Assembly (NCBI GenBank): GCA_040772485.1 | Contig: JAXGYC010000011.1 | Span: 32,001-96,000 of the forward strand | From: Sedimentisphaerales bacterium | GTDB taxonomy: Bacteria > Planctomycetota > Phycisphaerae > Sedimentisphaerales > Anaerobacaceae | Direction of reading: 5' to 3' | DNA length: 64,000 bases | Shown here: piece by piece, positions 9,021-18,136 of the stretch | Position numbering within the stretch: the first letter of the stretch is position 1 | How the letters are laid out: each line of letters begins with the position of its first letter | Translations under genes and position numbers: made by a program | Notes under the pieces: model-generated | The model's database searches: none | What the model was told of the DNA's origin: nothing | Seen by the model: the letters and a program-made list of their open reading frames with translations, nothing else

Positions 9021-11228
9021 TCAGCGTCCCCGGCCTCGCATCGGACGGCCTCTCATGACCGCCTCGGCCCGGCTGTTGACGTCGTCCGAGACGTTCAGAT
9101 CGCGAATCTTCTGCGCCAGATCGCGGGCAGCTTGGCGATCCCGGCGAAGCATACTGCCCGCCAGCTCGACCGCCGCCAGGGCCGCCTCGGCCTTGAAATC
9201 GCCTTCCCTGGCGAGAGCCAACAGGCGTTCGGCGACCTTCGGACTCGGCACCGCTCCCATCGCGGCCACAACCTGCCGCTTCTCGTCGTCGCGACGGGCA
9301 TTGTCGAAGGCGCGGAAGCAGAGGCTCACGCGGTCTTCCAGTGGAGCTGAGTCGCTGGTCACGATCAGACGCAGCGCTCCCCGCGTCGCGAGGACGTAGT
9401 GCGTCAGCGAAGTTTCCGAATTCGATGCGATGTTCAGCAGAACATCGGCCGCGGCGAAATCAGGCCAGTTGCCAAGGGTGCGAATCCCCGCCTCGCGCAG
9501 GGCCTCGTCAGGCGACTGTGCGGCCCGTGTGACGACCTCCAGAGCCGCCGGACCGCCCGCCGCGTCGAGGGACATCAGCAGGGTAACCTTGACCTCGCCG
9601 GTGGAGTTCCTGACTCGTTCGATAACCGCCTCGGCCGCTGCCGCCTTGTCGGGAGCCTTGGTCAGCGCCGCCCGCAGGGCCGCGCCGGCACTGCTGCGAG
9701 CACCCTGGCCGCTCGTCTTGGCGACGAGATCGGCCAGCGTCCCGGCATCAACCATGTCCGCGACGTCCACCATCGCCTTGAAGGCAGCCGAGCTGATCTC
9801 CTCATCCGCATCGGCGGCATAGCCCGTCAAGGCTTCCACGACTCCGGGGACCCGGCGTTTGCCCAGAAGACCAATCGCTGCGCTGCGCTTCTTCACATCG
9901 CCCGAGGCCGCACTGGCACGGATGACCTCCTCCACGCGAGGGCCGACCATCAACGCAAGCCCTTCACGGGCCGCACGCTGAACCGCACCCGAGCCATTCA
10001 CGGCAATGTCCAGCAGCGCCTCGGCCGACTCATCGCAACCAGTTTCCGTCAGCGTGTCGATCACCGCCAGACGCACCGCTTCATAGTCGCTGTGCAGAAC
10101 CCTCTTGACCGGACCGACGGACGACAAATCGCCACGGTCGGCGATCAGGCCGAGAATCTGCACCTGAAAGTGAGGAGGCAACTCCGGCAGCACGCGTGCA
10201 AGCGCCCGCATCGGAGCGGTCGTCGGCGCCTGGCGCGCCACCTGCACCGCAACGCGGCCGACCCTTGGATCGCCGTCTCGAATGATATTGACAATCTCTC
10301 CGGTGGCCTTGTCGGGGTCGCACATCATCAGACCATTGATAGCCGCCACGCGAATGCTGAACGGGTTCGGGCTGTTGGGATCGCGAGTCAGCTTCGTCGC
10401 CCAGTTGTAGACGGCGACATAGACCTTGCCGGCATTGACCACGTCATTGTGCGCAGTCCTCTCCTGCGCGATGTCGATCAGAGCCTGTGCGACCTTCACC
10501 GAGACCGGACCCAGCGGTTTGTTGAGCGCGCCGAACAGGGCTTTGGCGCCCGCAGCGCCGCCGATGTTCGCCAGCGCGGAGGCGGCAGCAGACGCAACAT
10601 TGGGGTCCGCATCGCCCAGCGATTCGGCGATTCGTTCGATCGCCTCGGCCGCACGGCGCTGTCCCAGGGAGTTGAGCAAGCCGATCTTCCACGCGGCCTG
10701 GTCCGCCGAGGCCAGTTTCTCCAACAGGGCCTCGGTCGCGCTCGGGTCCGGGTTCTTCTCAAGGGCGCGACGGGCGTAGTCGGCCAGATGCCTGTCGTCG
10801 GCCGACATCAGCTTGACGAGGGCCGGGACCGACTCGCCCTTGCCGATCCGTTCCAGTTGCAGCACGAACCAGTGGCGCACGACGTCGGGCATATCGGCGC
10901 GATCGAGATTCGCGACGATCACTCTGGCCAGTGCTTCCCGTTCGGTCTCGGCGCCGGGACGGGCGGCATAGGAACCCATGTCCTGAAACATGATCTGGTA
11001 GTTGTAGCGGCTCGGCACATCGTCGGCCGACATCAATGGCATCAGGTAGTCGATGGCCTTCTGATAGGCCTGGGCCAACTGGGCGGCGTCCCGCGCCGGC
11101 GCCTCGGCTTTGCCGCACAACTGCTTGACCAGGTCGACGCCGTCCTGTGCCTGTGTGGTCGCGGCCATTCCCAGAAAGACCGCGAGGATGATTCCATGAT
11201 TTACGATGCTTGAGAGCTTGTTCCTCAT
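9021..11228 (-). CDS. Secreted HEAT-repeat protein
   Basis: Start MRNKLSS with GAAAGGA RBS; signal peptide ending ATTQA; repeated helical HEAT-like units (LERIGKGESVPALVKLM, ALANIGG, IRTLGNWPD). The longer ORF-track start overlaps the upstream gene. Confidence 0.8.
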   Translation of the reverse strand: MRNKLSSIVNHGIILAVFLGMAATTQAQDGVDLVKQLCGKAEAPARDAAQLAQAYQKAIDYLMPLMSADDVPSRYNYQIMFQDMGSYAARPGAETEREALARVIVANLDRADMPDVVRHWFVLQLERIGKGESVPALVKLMSADDRHLADYARRALEKNPDPSATEALLEKLASADQAAWKIGLLNSLGQRRAAEAIERIAESLGDADPNVASAAASALANIGGAAGAKALFGALNKPLGPVSVKVAQALIDIAQERTAHNDVVNAGKVYVAVYNWATKLTRDPNSPNPFSIRVAAINGLMMCDPDKATGEIVNIIRDGDPRVGRVAVQVARQAPTTAPMRALARVLPELPPHFQVQILGLIADRGDLSSVGPVKRVLHSDYEAVRLAVIDTLTETGCDESAEALLDIAVNGSGAVQRAAREGLALMVGPRVEEVIRASAASGDVKKRSAAIGLLGKRRVPGVVEALTGYAADADEEISSAAFKAMVDVADMVDAGTLADLVAKTSGQGARSSAGAALRAALTKAPDKAAAAEAVIERVRNSTGEVKVTLLMSLDAAGGPAALEVVTRAAQSPDEALREAGIRTLGNWPDFAAADVLLNIASNSETSLTHYVLATRGALRLIVTSDSAPLEDRVSLCFRAFDNARRDDEKRQVVAAMGAVPSPKVAERLLALAREGDFKAEAALAAVELAGSMLRRDRQAARDLAQKIRDLNVSDDVNSRAEAVMRGRPMRGRGR

Positions 11229-11269
11229 CGTCAATTTCCTTTCGATCGACGTCAACATCTGCAGGCCAA

Positions 11270-11297
11270 ATAGGGGCGAATAATCATTCGCCTCTAC
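11270..11297. repeat. GTAG-type REP-like palindrome, copy 2; overlaps the oxidoreductase stop codon
   Basis: ATAGGGGCGAATAATCATTCGCCTCTAC, two mismatches to the reverse complement of 3865-3892. Confidence 0.7.
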
Positions 11298-12592
11298 AGC
11301 ACGTAGGGTGCGCGGCGCGGACGGTCGTACCAGCGCTCGGCGGCCGGATCGTCGAGGATTCTCTCCTCGGACGGATCCCAGTGGATCGGCCTTCCCAGGC
11401 GTTCGGCGATGCCGCTGAGATGGCAGATCGTCGCAGTGCGATGGCCGATCTCGGCGGGACAGATCGTCGTGCTGCGCGTCCGGATGCAGTCGATCCAGTT
11501 GCCCTCGTGGTCGTTCGAATCGTACAGGTGAATCTCGCTGGGCAGCAGCGGAGCCTGGGCCAGTTCCACCGGCCTGGTGTCGAGCCGGCCGCCGCGACTG
11601 ACCATCACCTCCCCTTCTGTACCGATGAACTGGATCATGTGGCCGCCCCATACGGGATGGTCGCGCAGGACCTTCGTGCCGTCGGCATAGTAGTGGGTCT
11701 GGTGCTGGTGGCCGGGCCAGCCTTTCGGAACGAATTTGACCGGGCCGGAATCGTCCATGCCCAGAGCCCACTGGATGATATCGAAGTGGTGAGCGCCCCA
11801 GTCGCCGTTCTTGCGGGAGCCGTACTCCCAGAATCGTCGCCATCCGCCGCCGTAGTCGCCCTTGACCCGTTCTGCGTTGTACGGGAACCAGGGCGTCGGG
11901 CCGAGCCATCGGTCGTAGTCGAATCCCTCAGGGATCGGCTGGGCCGGCAGCGTCGTCGGAGGGGCAAACGAGCCCAGACTGGTATAGATCGTATGCACCT
12001 TGCCGATCCAGCCGTTGCGGACGATCTCCGACGCTTTGCGGAAGGCCCATTCAGATCGCTGCTGCGAGCCGACCTGGAAAACGGTTCCGTACTGCTTGCA
12101 GGCGTCGCTCATCAGCCGCCCTTCGCGAATCGTGAGTGTCATGGGCTTCTGGCAATACACGTCCTTGCCGGCCTTGATGGCGGCCAGCGAGCACATGGCA
12201 TGCCAGTGGTCGGGGGTCACCACGAAAACGGCGTCGATGTCCGGCCTGGCGCAGAGCTTCTCGTACTCCAGATAGGCATCGCAGCCCTTATACGCGCCAT
12301 CGGCCGCCTGATTGGCGTAGGCTCGTTCGACCTGGCCCTTGGCGCTCTCCCGTCGGCGCCCGTCCACGTCGCAGACCGCCAGCACCTGCACATCGTTGCG
12401 TCCGAGCATCCCATTCAAGTGTCCGCCCATCATCAGGCCCATGCCGATCATACCCATCGTGATCCGGTTGCTGGGCGCATTGGCGCCGAAGACCGTCGAG
12501 GGCATGACGTGGGGAAACACCACGGCCGCCCCGAGCGCTGCCGCCCCTTTGAACATGAAGTCACGACGACTCAGAGAAGGCTTCTTCTTCAT
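11294..12592 (-). CDS. Tat-exported Gfo/Idh/MocA NAD-dependent oxidoreductase
   Basis: SRRDFM twin-arginine signal; IGMGLMMGGH Rossmann; TPDHWHA, GKDVYCQKP, QVGSQQRS, DWGAHHFD. Confidence 0.92.
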   Translation of the reverse strand: MKKKPSLSRRDFMFKGAAALGAAVVFPHVMPSTVFGANAPSNRITMGMIGMGLMMGGHLNGMLGRNDVQVLAVCDVDGRRRESAKGQVERAYANQAADGAYKGCDAYLEYEKLCARPDIDAVFVVTPDHWHAMCSLAAIKAGKDVYCQKPMTLTIREGRLMSDACKQYGTVFQVGSQQRSEWAFRKASEIVRNGWIGKVHTIYTSLGSFAPPTTLPAQPIPEGFDYDRWLGPTPWFPYNAERVKGDYGGGWRRFWEYGSRKNGDWGAHHFDIIQWALGMDDSGPVKFVPKGWPGHQHQTHYYADGTKVLRDHPVWGGHMIQFIGTEGEVMVSRGGRLDTRPVELAQAPLLPSEIHLYDSNDHEGNWIDCIRTRSTTICPAEIGHRTATICHLSGIAERLGRPIHWDPSEERILDDPAAERWYDRPRRAPYVL

Positions 12593-13375
12593 CGATTCAA
12601 TCTCCTGTCTGCATTCGTTCTCAGTCATCCTGTCGATACACATGTCAATTGCCGTCCGGCTTGAGATCCTCGCTCGGCGGGCCAGCCGTGCAGTAGTTGC
12701 GAACCACCCTGTCCACGCGAGAACCATCTGGCGGTGCGGCATCACAGACATGGGTTCCCAAAGCCAACACGAGTGCAACTATAAAGGATATCCCAGTCAA
12801 TTGCCATTGACCGGTGCAGACAAAATCCTGTCGCGCTTTGGTCCCAAGGCCGCCAGAAACCGACGCCTTGGCCGGGGATCTTGGCCCACCTTCGCCTTTG
12901 TCAGGTTATGGGACTGACTCTTGAGGCCCCTGCGGCAAATCGGGTGGAAATCTGATTCGCCCCTCCTTAAACCACCGATAGACCCCATTCTAATCCCCTG
13001 GAGGCAAAATAGATAATATAATCCACGTTACAGTAGACCGTTCAGCCGACGAAACCGTATATCTCTTCAAAGGAAATCCTGGAGGCCCGATAGAAAAGGG
13101 ACCGGCTTCACTGGGAATTTGTCAACGTGCGGCGAATCGGCTTCTCAAGTAGCGTGGCCGCGGGCTTGCAGCTCCCACAAACGCGACGTATTCGCGATAT
13201 CAGGGCCGATCCAAATCGGAGCGTTTTTCATACCCCGCTGGAAAGGCGGAAAAACGCGGAAAAAGCGTTACGAAACGCGTCTTCAAAGGCACTAATCTGA
13301 GCCAGTTATATGTCCGACATTCAGAATCAGAAACGGATTCGCAGTCAACTGTCTTGGTTCAGAGAGGAGTTCGAC

Positions 13376-16300
13376 ATGAACGGTGCAAATCGATCGCGTG
13401 TGAGAGGCATCGTGGCCCTGGCGGCCTTGTGCCTTATCGCTTCGGCGGCCTTTGGCGCCCCGACGAGCCTGAGCAACGGCGTGCCGGTCACGGGGATTTC
13501 CGGATCGGCCGGCAGCGAGCAGTTCTACGTGATCGCCGTACCGGCCGGGCAGGACGACCTGGAGATCCAGATCTCCGGAGGGACCGGCGACTGCGATCTG
13601 TACGTGCGCAGAGGGGCTGCACCGACGACCACGACCTACGATTACCGACCCTACAAGGTCGGAAACAACGAGACGGTGCTCGTGGAAAGCCCCGCCGCCG
13701 GCACGTGGTACATCATGCTGCGCGGCTACACCGCCTTTGCGGGTCTGACCCTTCAGGCCAGCTATTCGGCCAGCATCACCGTCGTGACGCTGAGCAATGG
13801 CGTGTCGGTGAGCGGCTTGAGCGATGTTACGGCGGGCGAGAAGTACTACAAGATCGATGTACCCAGCGGACAGACCAAACTCCAGATCAGCATCTCCGGC
13901 GGCACCGGCGACTGCGATCTCTATGTCAAGCAGGGCGCCCTGCCCACCACGGCCAGCTACGACTACCGGCCGTTCCTCTCCGGCAACAACGAGTCTGTCA
14001 GCGTCGATAACCCGACCGCCGGGACGTGGTACATCATGCTCAGAGCCTACAGCACCTACACCGGCGTGACGCTGCTGGCCAGCTATACCGGCGGCGTGGG
14101 CACACTCCTGAGCAACGGCGTGCCCGTCACCGGCCTTTCCGGCGCGCAGGCCAGTTCGAAGATCTACCGCATCGAGGTTCCGGCCGGCCAGACCAATCTG
14201 GAGATCAAGATTTCTGGCGGCACCGGCGACTGCGATCTCTATGTCAAGCGCGGCACCGCACCGACTACCACGGACTACGACTACCGGCCGTTCCTCTCCG
14301 GCAACGAAGAAACTGTCACCGTGAGCAATCCGACTGCCGGCACATGGTATATCATGCTCCGCGGGTACAGCGCGTACTCCGGCGTAACTCTGGTCGCCAC
14401 CTACGGCACGGTTCTGACGCTCGAAGACGGCGTTCCCATCTCCGGCATCGCAGGGTCCAGCGGCAGCGAGAAGGTCTACAAGATCGAGGTCCCGTCCGGG
14501 CAATCCGTACTGCAAATCAGCATCTCCGGCGGCACCGGCAACTGCGATCTCTACGTCCGTCGCGGCGCGGTGCCCACCACTTCGACGTGGGACTACCGAC
14601 CCTATCTGTCGGGCAACAACGAGACCGTCACCGTCAACAACCCGCCGGCCGGCACGTGGTACATCATGCTGCGGGCCCGCACCGCCTACAGCGGGGTGAC
14701 TCTCAAAGCGGATTACTGGTTCACCGAGTCGATCAAGGTCCTGAACAACGGCGTGCCCGTGACCGACATCAGCGGCCCCGCAGGCAGCGAGAAGCTCTAT
14801 CGCATCAGCGTGCCCGCCGGGCAGACGAAGTTCGAAATCCAGATCTCCGGCGGCACCGGCGACGCCGACCTGTACGTCAAGAGAGGCGCCGCGCCGACGA
14901 CGTCGGACTACGACTACCGTCCGTATGAGATCGGCAACAATGAAACCGTTACGGTCAACAATCCGCAAAGCGGCGACTGGTTCATCATGATTCGCGGTTA
15001 CCACGCCTATGCCGGCGTGACGCTCGTGGCCACCTATGGCGGCGGCGGTGGCGGAGACACCGTCACAGCACTGAGCAACGGCGTGCCCGTGACGGGATTG
15101 TCCGGCGCCACCGGCAGCGAGGTCTACTACAAGATCGACGTGCCCGCCGGGCAGTCGAAGCTGGAAATCCAGACCTCCGGCGGCACAGGCGACCTGGATC
15201 TGTACGTCCGCAAAGACAGCAAACCCACAACCACGGAATGGGATCACCGCCCGTACCTGAGCGGCAATAACGAGACCGTCACCATCAACAACCCGGCGGC
15301 CGGCACGTACTACATCATGCTGCGAGCCTACCAGGCCTACACGGGCGTGACCCTCGTGGCGACGTACACTCCCGTGACAGACCCGACCGTGATCACGCTG
15401 AGCAACGGCGTTCCGGTTGCTGGAATCTCGGGCGCGGCCGGCAGTGAGAAGTTCTACAAGATTGTGGTTCCTGCCGGACAGGACTTCCTGAGCATCACCA
15501 TCTCGGGCGGCACCGGGGACTGCGACCTCTATGTCAAGAGAGGCGCTCAGCCCACCCCAACGAGCTATGACTACCGCCCGTATCTGATCGGAAACAACGA
15601 AAGCGTCGATGTCACCAGCCCCGCCGCAGCCACCTGGTACATCATGCTGCGAGCCTATCAGACCTACTCCGGGCTGACGCTGGTGGCCTCCTACGGAACG
15701 AACAAGGTCGGCAACAATTTCGCGAGCGATCCGGCTTGCGTGGCCCTGTGGCGCTTTGAGTCCAATGAACTTCACAAGGACAGCATCGGTAACAACACCC
15801 TCACAATGGCTGATGACATACACGCGCGGACGCCTGTGTTCGCCGATACCGAGCAAGTTATCGAGGGCGATGCTAGCGGCTATTTCTCTGCCGCCTCACG
15901 ACTGGAAATAGCTGATGCTAATCTAGACACTGCCTTCCCCTTGAAAAACGGGGGGCCTTCAACAGACTTTTCCATCTGTCTCTGGTTCAGACTGGACAGT
16001 GATCAAGACGGCCTTAATACACTGGTCTTCAAGGGCACGGACAACCGGGATCGACGATCGTTGTGGCTATATACCGACGCTGTAGCGAGCACCACGAAAC
16101 TGCGACTACAGTTCGGATACAATAATGGGTTGAGCAACCAACGCGTCGACTTGGAAGATATACAGTCGAAACGCTGGTACCATTTGGCCGTGACATACGA
16201 TCTCTCAACAGGAATCACCGACTATTATCTCTATGACGAGGAAACCGACCTTGCGGAGTATGGCTCTCACGTGATCACCAATGCTGTGGCGGTCTTTGAG

Positions 16301-16441
16301 TCTCCTCTGTCTCTGGGCGCTCAGCGCGGTAAATTCGATTATAGATTAAAGGGCAATATGGACGAGATCGTTGTCTTCAAGGACGTGCTGACCTCGGCAG
16401 AGGTCAACCAGATTCGCCAGGGCAGCTACGGGAAACCGTAG
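13376..16441 (+). CDS. Secreted protein with 7 tandem PPC (pre-peptidase C-terminal) domains and a C-terminal LamG-like domain
   Basis: GAGGAG RBS, signal peptide; seven ~105-aa repeats (LSNGVPV...SGGTGDxDLYV...DYRPY...GNNE...GTWYIMLR); LamG motifs ALWRFE, WYHLAVTYD, GNMDEIVVF. Confidence 0.9.
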   Translation: MNGANRSRVRGIVALAALCLIASAAFGAPTSLSNGVPVTGISGSAGSEQFYVIAVPAGQDDLEIQISGGTGDCDLYVRRGAAPTTTTYDYRPYKVGNNETVLVESPAAGTWYIMLRGYTAFAGLTLQASYSASITVVTLSNGVSVSGLSDVTAGEKYYKIDVPSGQTKLQISISGGTGDCDLYVKQGALPTTASYDYRPFLSGNNESVSVDNPTAGTWYIMLRAYSTYTGVTLLASYTGGVGTLLSNGVPVTGLSGAQASSKIYRIEVPAGQTNLEIKISGGTGDCDLYVKRGTAPTTTDYDYRPFLSGNEETVTVSNPTAGTWYIMLRGYSAYSGVTLVATYGTVLTLEDGVPISGIAGSSGSEKVYKIEVPSGQSVLQISISGGTGNCDLYVRRGAVPTTSTWDYRPYLSGNNETVTVNNPPAGTWYIMLRARTAYSGVTLKADYWFTESIKVLNNGVPVTDISGPAGSEKLYRISVPAGQTKFEIQISGGTGDADLYVKRGAAPTTSDYDYRPYEIGNNETVTVNNPQSGDWFIMIRGYHAYAGVTLVATYGGGGGGDTVTALSNGVPVTGLSGATGSEVYYKIDVPAGQSKLEIQTSGGTGDLDLYVRKDSKPTTTEWDHRPYLSGNNETVTINNPAAGTYYIMLRAYQAYTGVTLVATYTPVTDPTVITLSNGVPVAGISGAAGSEKFYKIVVPAGQDFLSITISGGTGDCDLYVKRGAQPTPTSYDYRPYLIGNNESVDVTSPAAATWYIMLRAYQTYSGLTLVASYGTNKVGNNFASDPACVALWRFESNELHKDSIGNNTLTMADDIHARTPVFADTEQVIEGDASGYFSAASRLEIADANLDTAFPLKNGGPSTDFSICLWFRLDSDQDGLNTLVFKGTDNRDRRSLWLYTDAVASTTKLRLQFGYNNGLSNQRVDLEDIQSKRWYHLAVTYDLSTGITDYYLYDEETDLAEYGSHVITNAVAVFESPLSLGAQRGKFDYRLKGNMDEIVVFKDVLTSAEVNQIRQGSYGKP
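13465..15700 (+). repeat. Intragenic tandem repeat (7 x ~315 bp) encoding the PPC domains
   Basis: Recurrent DNA blocks such as ATCTCCGGCGGCACCGGCGAC and TGGTACATCATGCT; in frame. Confidence 0.85.
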
Positions 16442-16492
16442 AACACCCTCCAAGGGACAGTGTCCCGGAGCAGATTGGCGTCTAACGTTTTG

Positions 16493-16521
16493 GATCGGCC
16501 CGGTCCTCGACCGGGCCGATC
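16493..16521. other. Perfect 13-bp intergenic hairpin (RNA-stabilising or terminator-like)
   Basis: GATCGGCCCGGTC-CTC-GACCGGGCCGATC; no U-tract on the + strand. Confidence 0.5.
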
Positions 16522-16544
16522 GGTCTGGAATGTGCGGAGTTGAT

Positions 16545-17927
16545 ATGATGCGTCGAAGGAATACGCCGGCAACGGAAACCAACAAACAGGCGACCACCCG
16601 GAGCTTCCTCAAGTCGGAGTGGCCGCTGTTTCTGTACCCGGCCCTGGTGGTAGCCGCCATTGTCCTTCTCCAGGCGGTCCACCAGTCCATCGAGAAAGAC
16701 CTGACGCCATCACAGCGGCAGCCGGACCCATCGGCGCCACAAACCACGGCCGCGACAGAACAGAATGACCAGAACACATCGCAGGCAAGGTTGCCGGAAG
16801 ACGGTTCGACGCTGCCTCCCGATGCGCTCGCGCCGTTGCCCGACACCGGCGCGACGGATACAACTCTGGCGGCCGACCGCCTGCGGATGATCGAGGCCCT
16901 CCGACGTCGCGCTGAATGGACAGGTTCCGGAGACTCTGTCGGCGGCGGAGACCTGCCACAGGAACTCCAGGCGGTCCACGCCATACTGACGTCGCTGCGA
17001 CAAGCGGTCCGGGACCAGGACCATTCCCGAATCAAGGAAGCCATGGAGCAACTGGTTGCGCTGGGCGACGAAGGGGTGGGACCGTTGAGTGACATCGTCG
17101 CCGGCGGAACGGACGAAGCGGCCCTGTGGGCGGCCGAAGCGCTGGCCCGAATCGGCACGCCGGCGGCAACGGCCGCTCTGTTCGAAACGCTCGCACAGAT
17201 CGAGGACGGTCCGTACAAGGAGCAGATCGCCAAGACCGCGTCGAACATCAGCAACCACGACAGTTGGCCTCTGCTGCTGGATACACTCCAGGGCACGGAA
17301 GACGCGATGGTGCAGCGTGCGGCCGGCGCCTCCCTGTCGCGAATGGCGGACACCCCCGTCCTGGATGAGATCGTCGCGCGGTACGATGCGGCCCTGACGG
17401 AAGAGGAAGCCGCTCGCCTGGCGCAGTTGGTCAGGAACATCAGCTCGCCCCAAGCCAGCGAGTCCCTGCGCGCGCTGGCCGGCGACGTTTCGTCGCCCGC
17501 CCTGGACGGGCTGCAACAGGCCGCGATCGAAGCCCTGGCCAACGTCGGTGACGCCCCGTCGGTTAACTACTTGCTGAGCAGACTTGAAGCCGCATCGCCA
17601 GGCGAAGGCGGCTCGCTCTTCAGCACCATCACCAGGATCAGCGCACCGCAGGCTCAATCGGCTTTGCTCTACGCGGCGGCTGGTAGCAAAAGCGTCTCGG
17701 CCGAACAGGGCCGAACGGCGGCCATCTACGCCCTGGAGAACTACCCCAACGCCGAGACGTGCGCCCTGCTCAACCAGATCGTCGCCGCGGAAGACAACAC
17801 GGCGGTCCTCACCGCGGCCCTGCGAACGCTCGAGAGCATCCAGAAAGCCGTTCCCTCGGTCGCCGAAAACGCCACCTCCAAGGCCGACGCGGGCATCCTG
17901 CTCCCCCTGGACCCCCTCCAGAAGTAG
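16545..17927 (+). CDS. Membrane-anchored HEAT-repeat protein
   Basis: One N-terminal TM (WPLFLYPALVVAAIVLLQAV), Pro/Thr linker, HEAT-like repeats (AAEALARIGT, AIEALANVGD). Confidence 0.75.
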   Translation: MMRRRNTPATETNKQATTRSFLKSEWPLFLYPALVVAAIVLLQAVHQSIEKDLTPSQRQPDPSAPQTTAATEQNDQNTSQARLPEDGSTLPPDALAPLPDTGATDTTLAADRLRMIEALRRRAEWTGSGDSVGGGDLPQELQAVHAILTSLRQAVRDQDHSRIKEAMEQLVALGDEGVGPLSDIVAGGTDEAALWAAEALARIGTPAATAALFETLAQIEDGPYKEQIAKTASNISNHDSWPLLLDTLQGTEDAMVQRAAGASLSRMADTPVLDEIVARYDAALTEEEAARLAQLVRNISSPQASESLRALAGDVSSPALDGLQQAAIEALANVGDAPSVNYLLSRLEAASPGEGGSLFSTITRISAPQAQSALLYAAAGSKSVSAEQGRTAAIYALENYPNAETCALLNQIVAAEDNTAVLTAALRTLESIQKAVPSVAENATSKADAGILLPLDPLQK

Positions 17928-18017
17928 CCATCCGTCCCCGCCTTGTGCCCGCACACATCTGCGGAAATCGCTACCGAAACAGACGGGAGCGGCACGAGAC
18001 GTTTCGCCCCTTGCGGT

Positions 18018-18046
18018 TTGTCTTTTGGGCCTGGATGTGCTATAAT
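18018..18046 (+). promoter_or_regulatory. Sigma70-type promoter upstream of the CotH pair
   Basis: TTGTCT-17 nt-TATAAT with an extended -10 TG. Confidence 0.65.
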
Positions 18047-18136
18047 CGTTGTGCTGAATGGGCCCTCCGGGCCAGCGAGATGCGGCGGATCGGCCTGAGG
18101 CACGCTTGGTCCAGAGTCGGTAGGAGAGCTTCGCAG

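Noticed and set aside
11229..11909. N-terminal extensions in the ORF track (9021-11909, 17759-21382, 53507-55546, 42958-44280, 45980-48649)
   Set aside because: They overlap neighbouring genes or promoters; downstream starts have an RBS and a signal peptide or domain start.
12934..12962. GGCAAA...GGAAA hairpin reminiscent of a c-di-GMP-I riboswitch
   Set aside because: Lacks the following GACGCAAAG element and second stem, and lies over 400 bp from the gene.
13465..15700. Regularly spaced DNA repeats resembling a CRISPR array or DGR template
   Set aside because: The period is about 315 bp, in frame and protein-coding (PPC); no cas or reverse-transcriptase gene in the window.
13292..15856. 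854-aa minus-strand ORF and other long antisense ORFs (e.g. 103-1260, 1667-3433, 5303-6994, 9399-11213, 46163-47716, 49978-52623, 53504-55171)
   Set aside because: Antisense shadows of well-supported genes, expected in high-GC DNA; no recognisable motifs.
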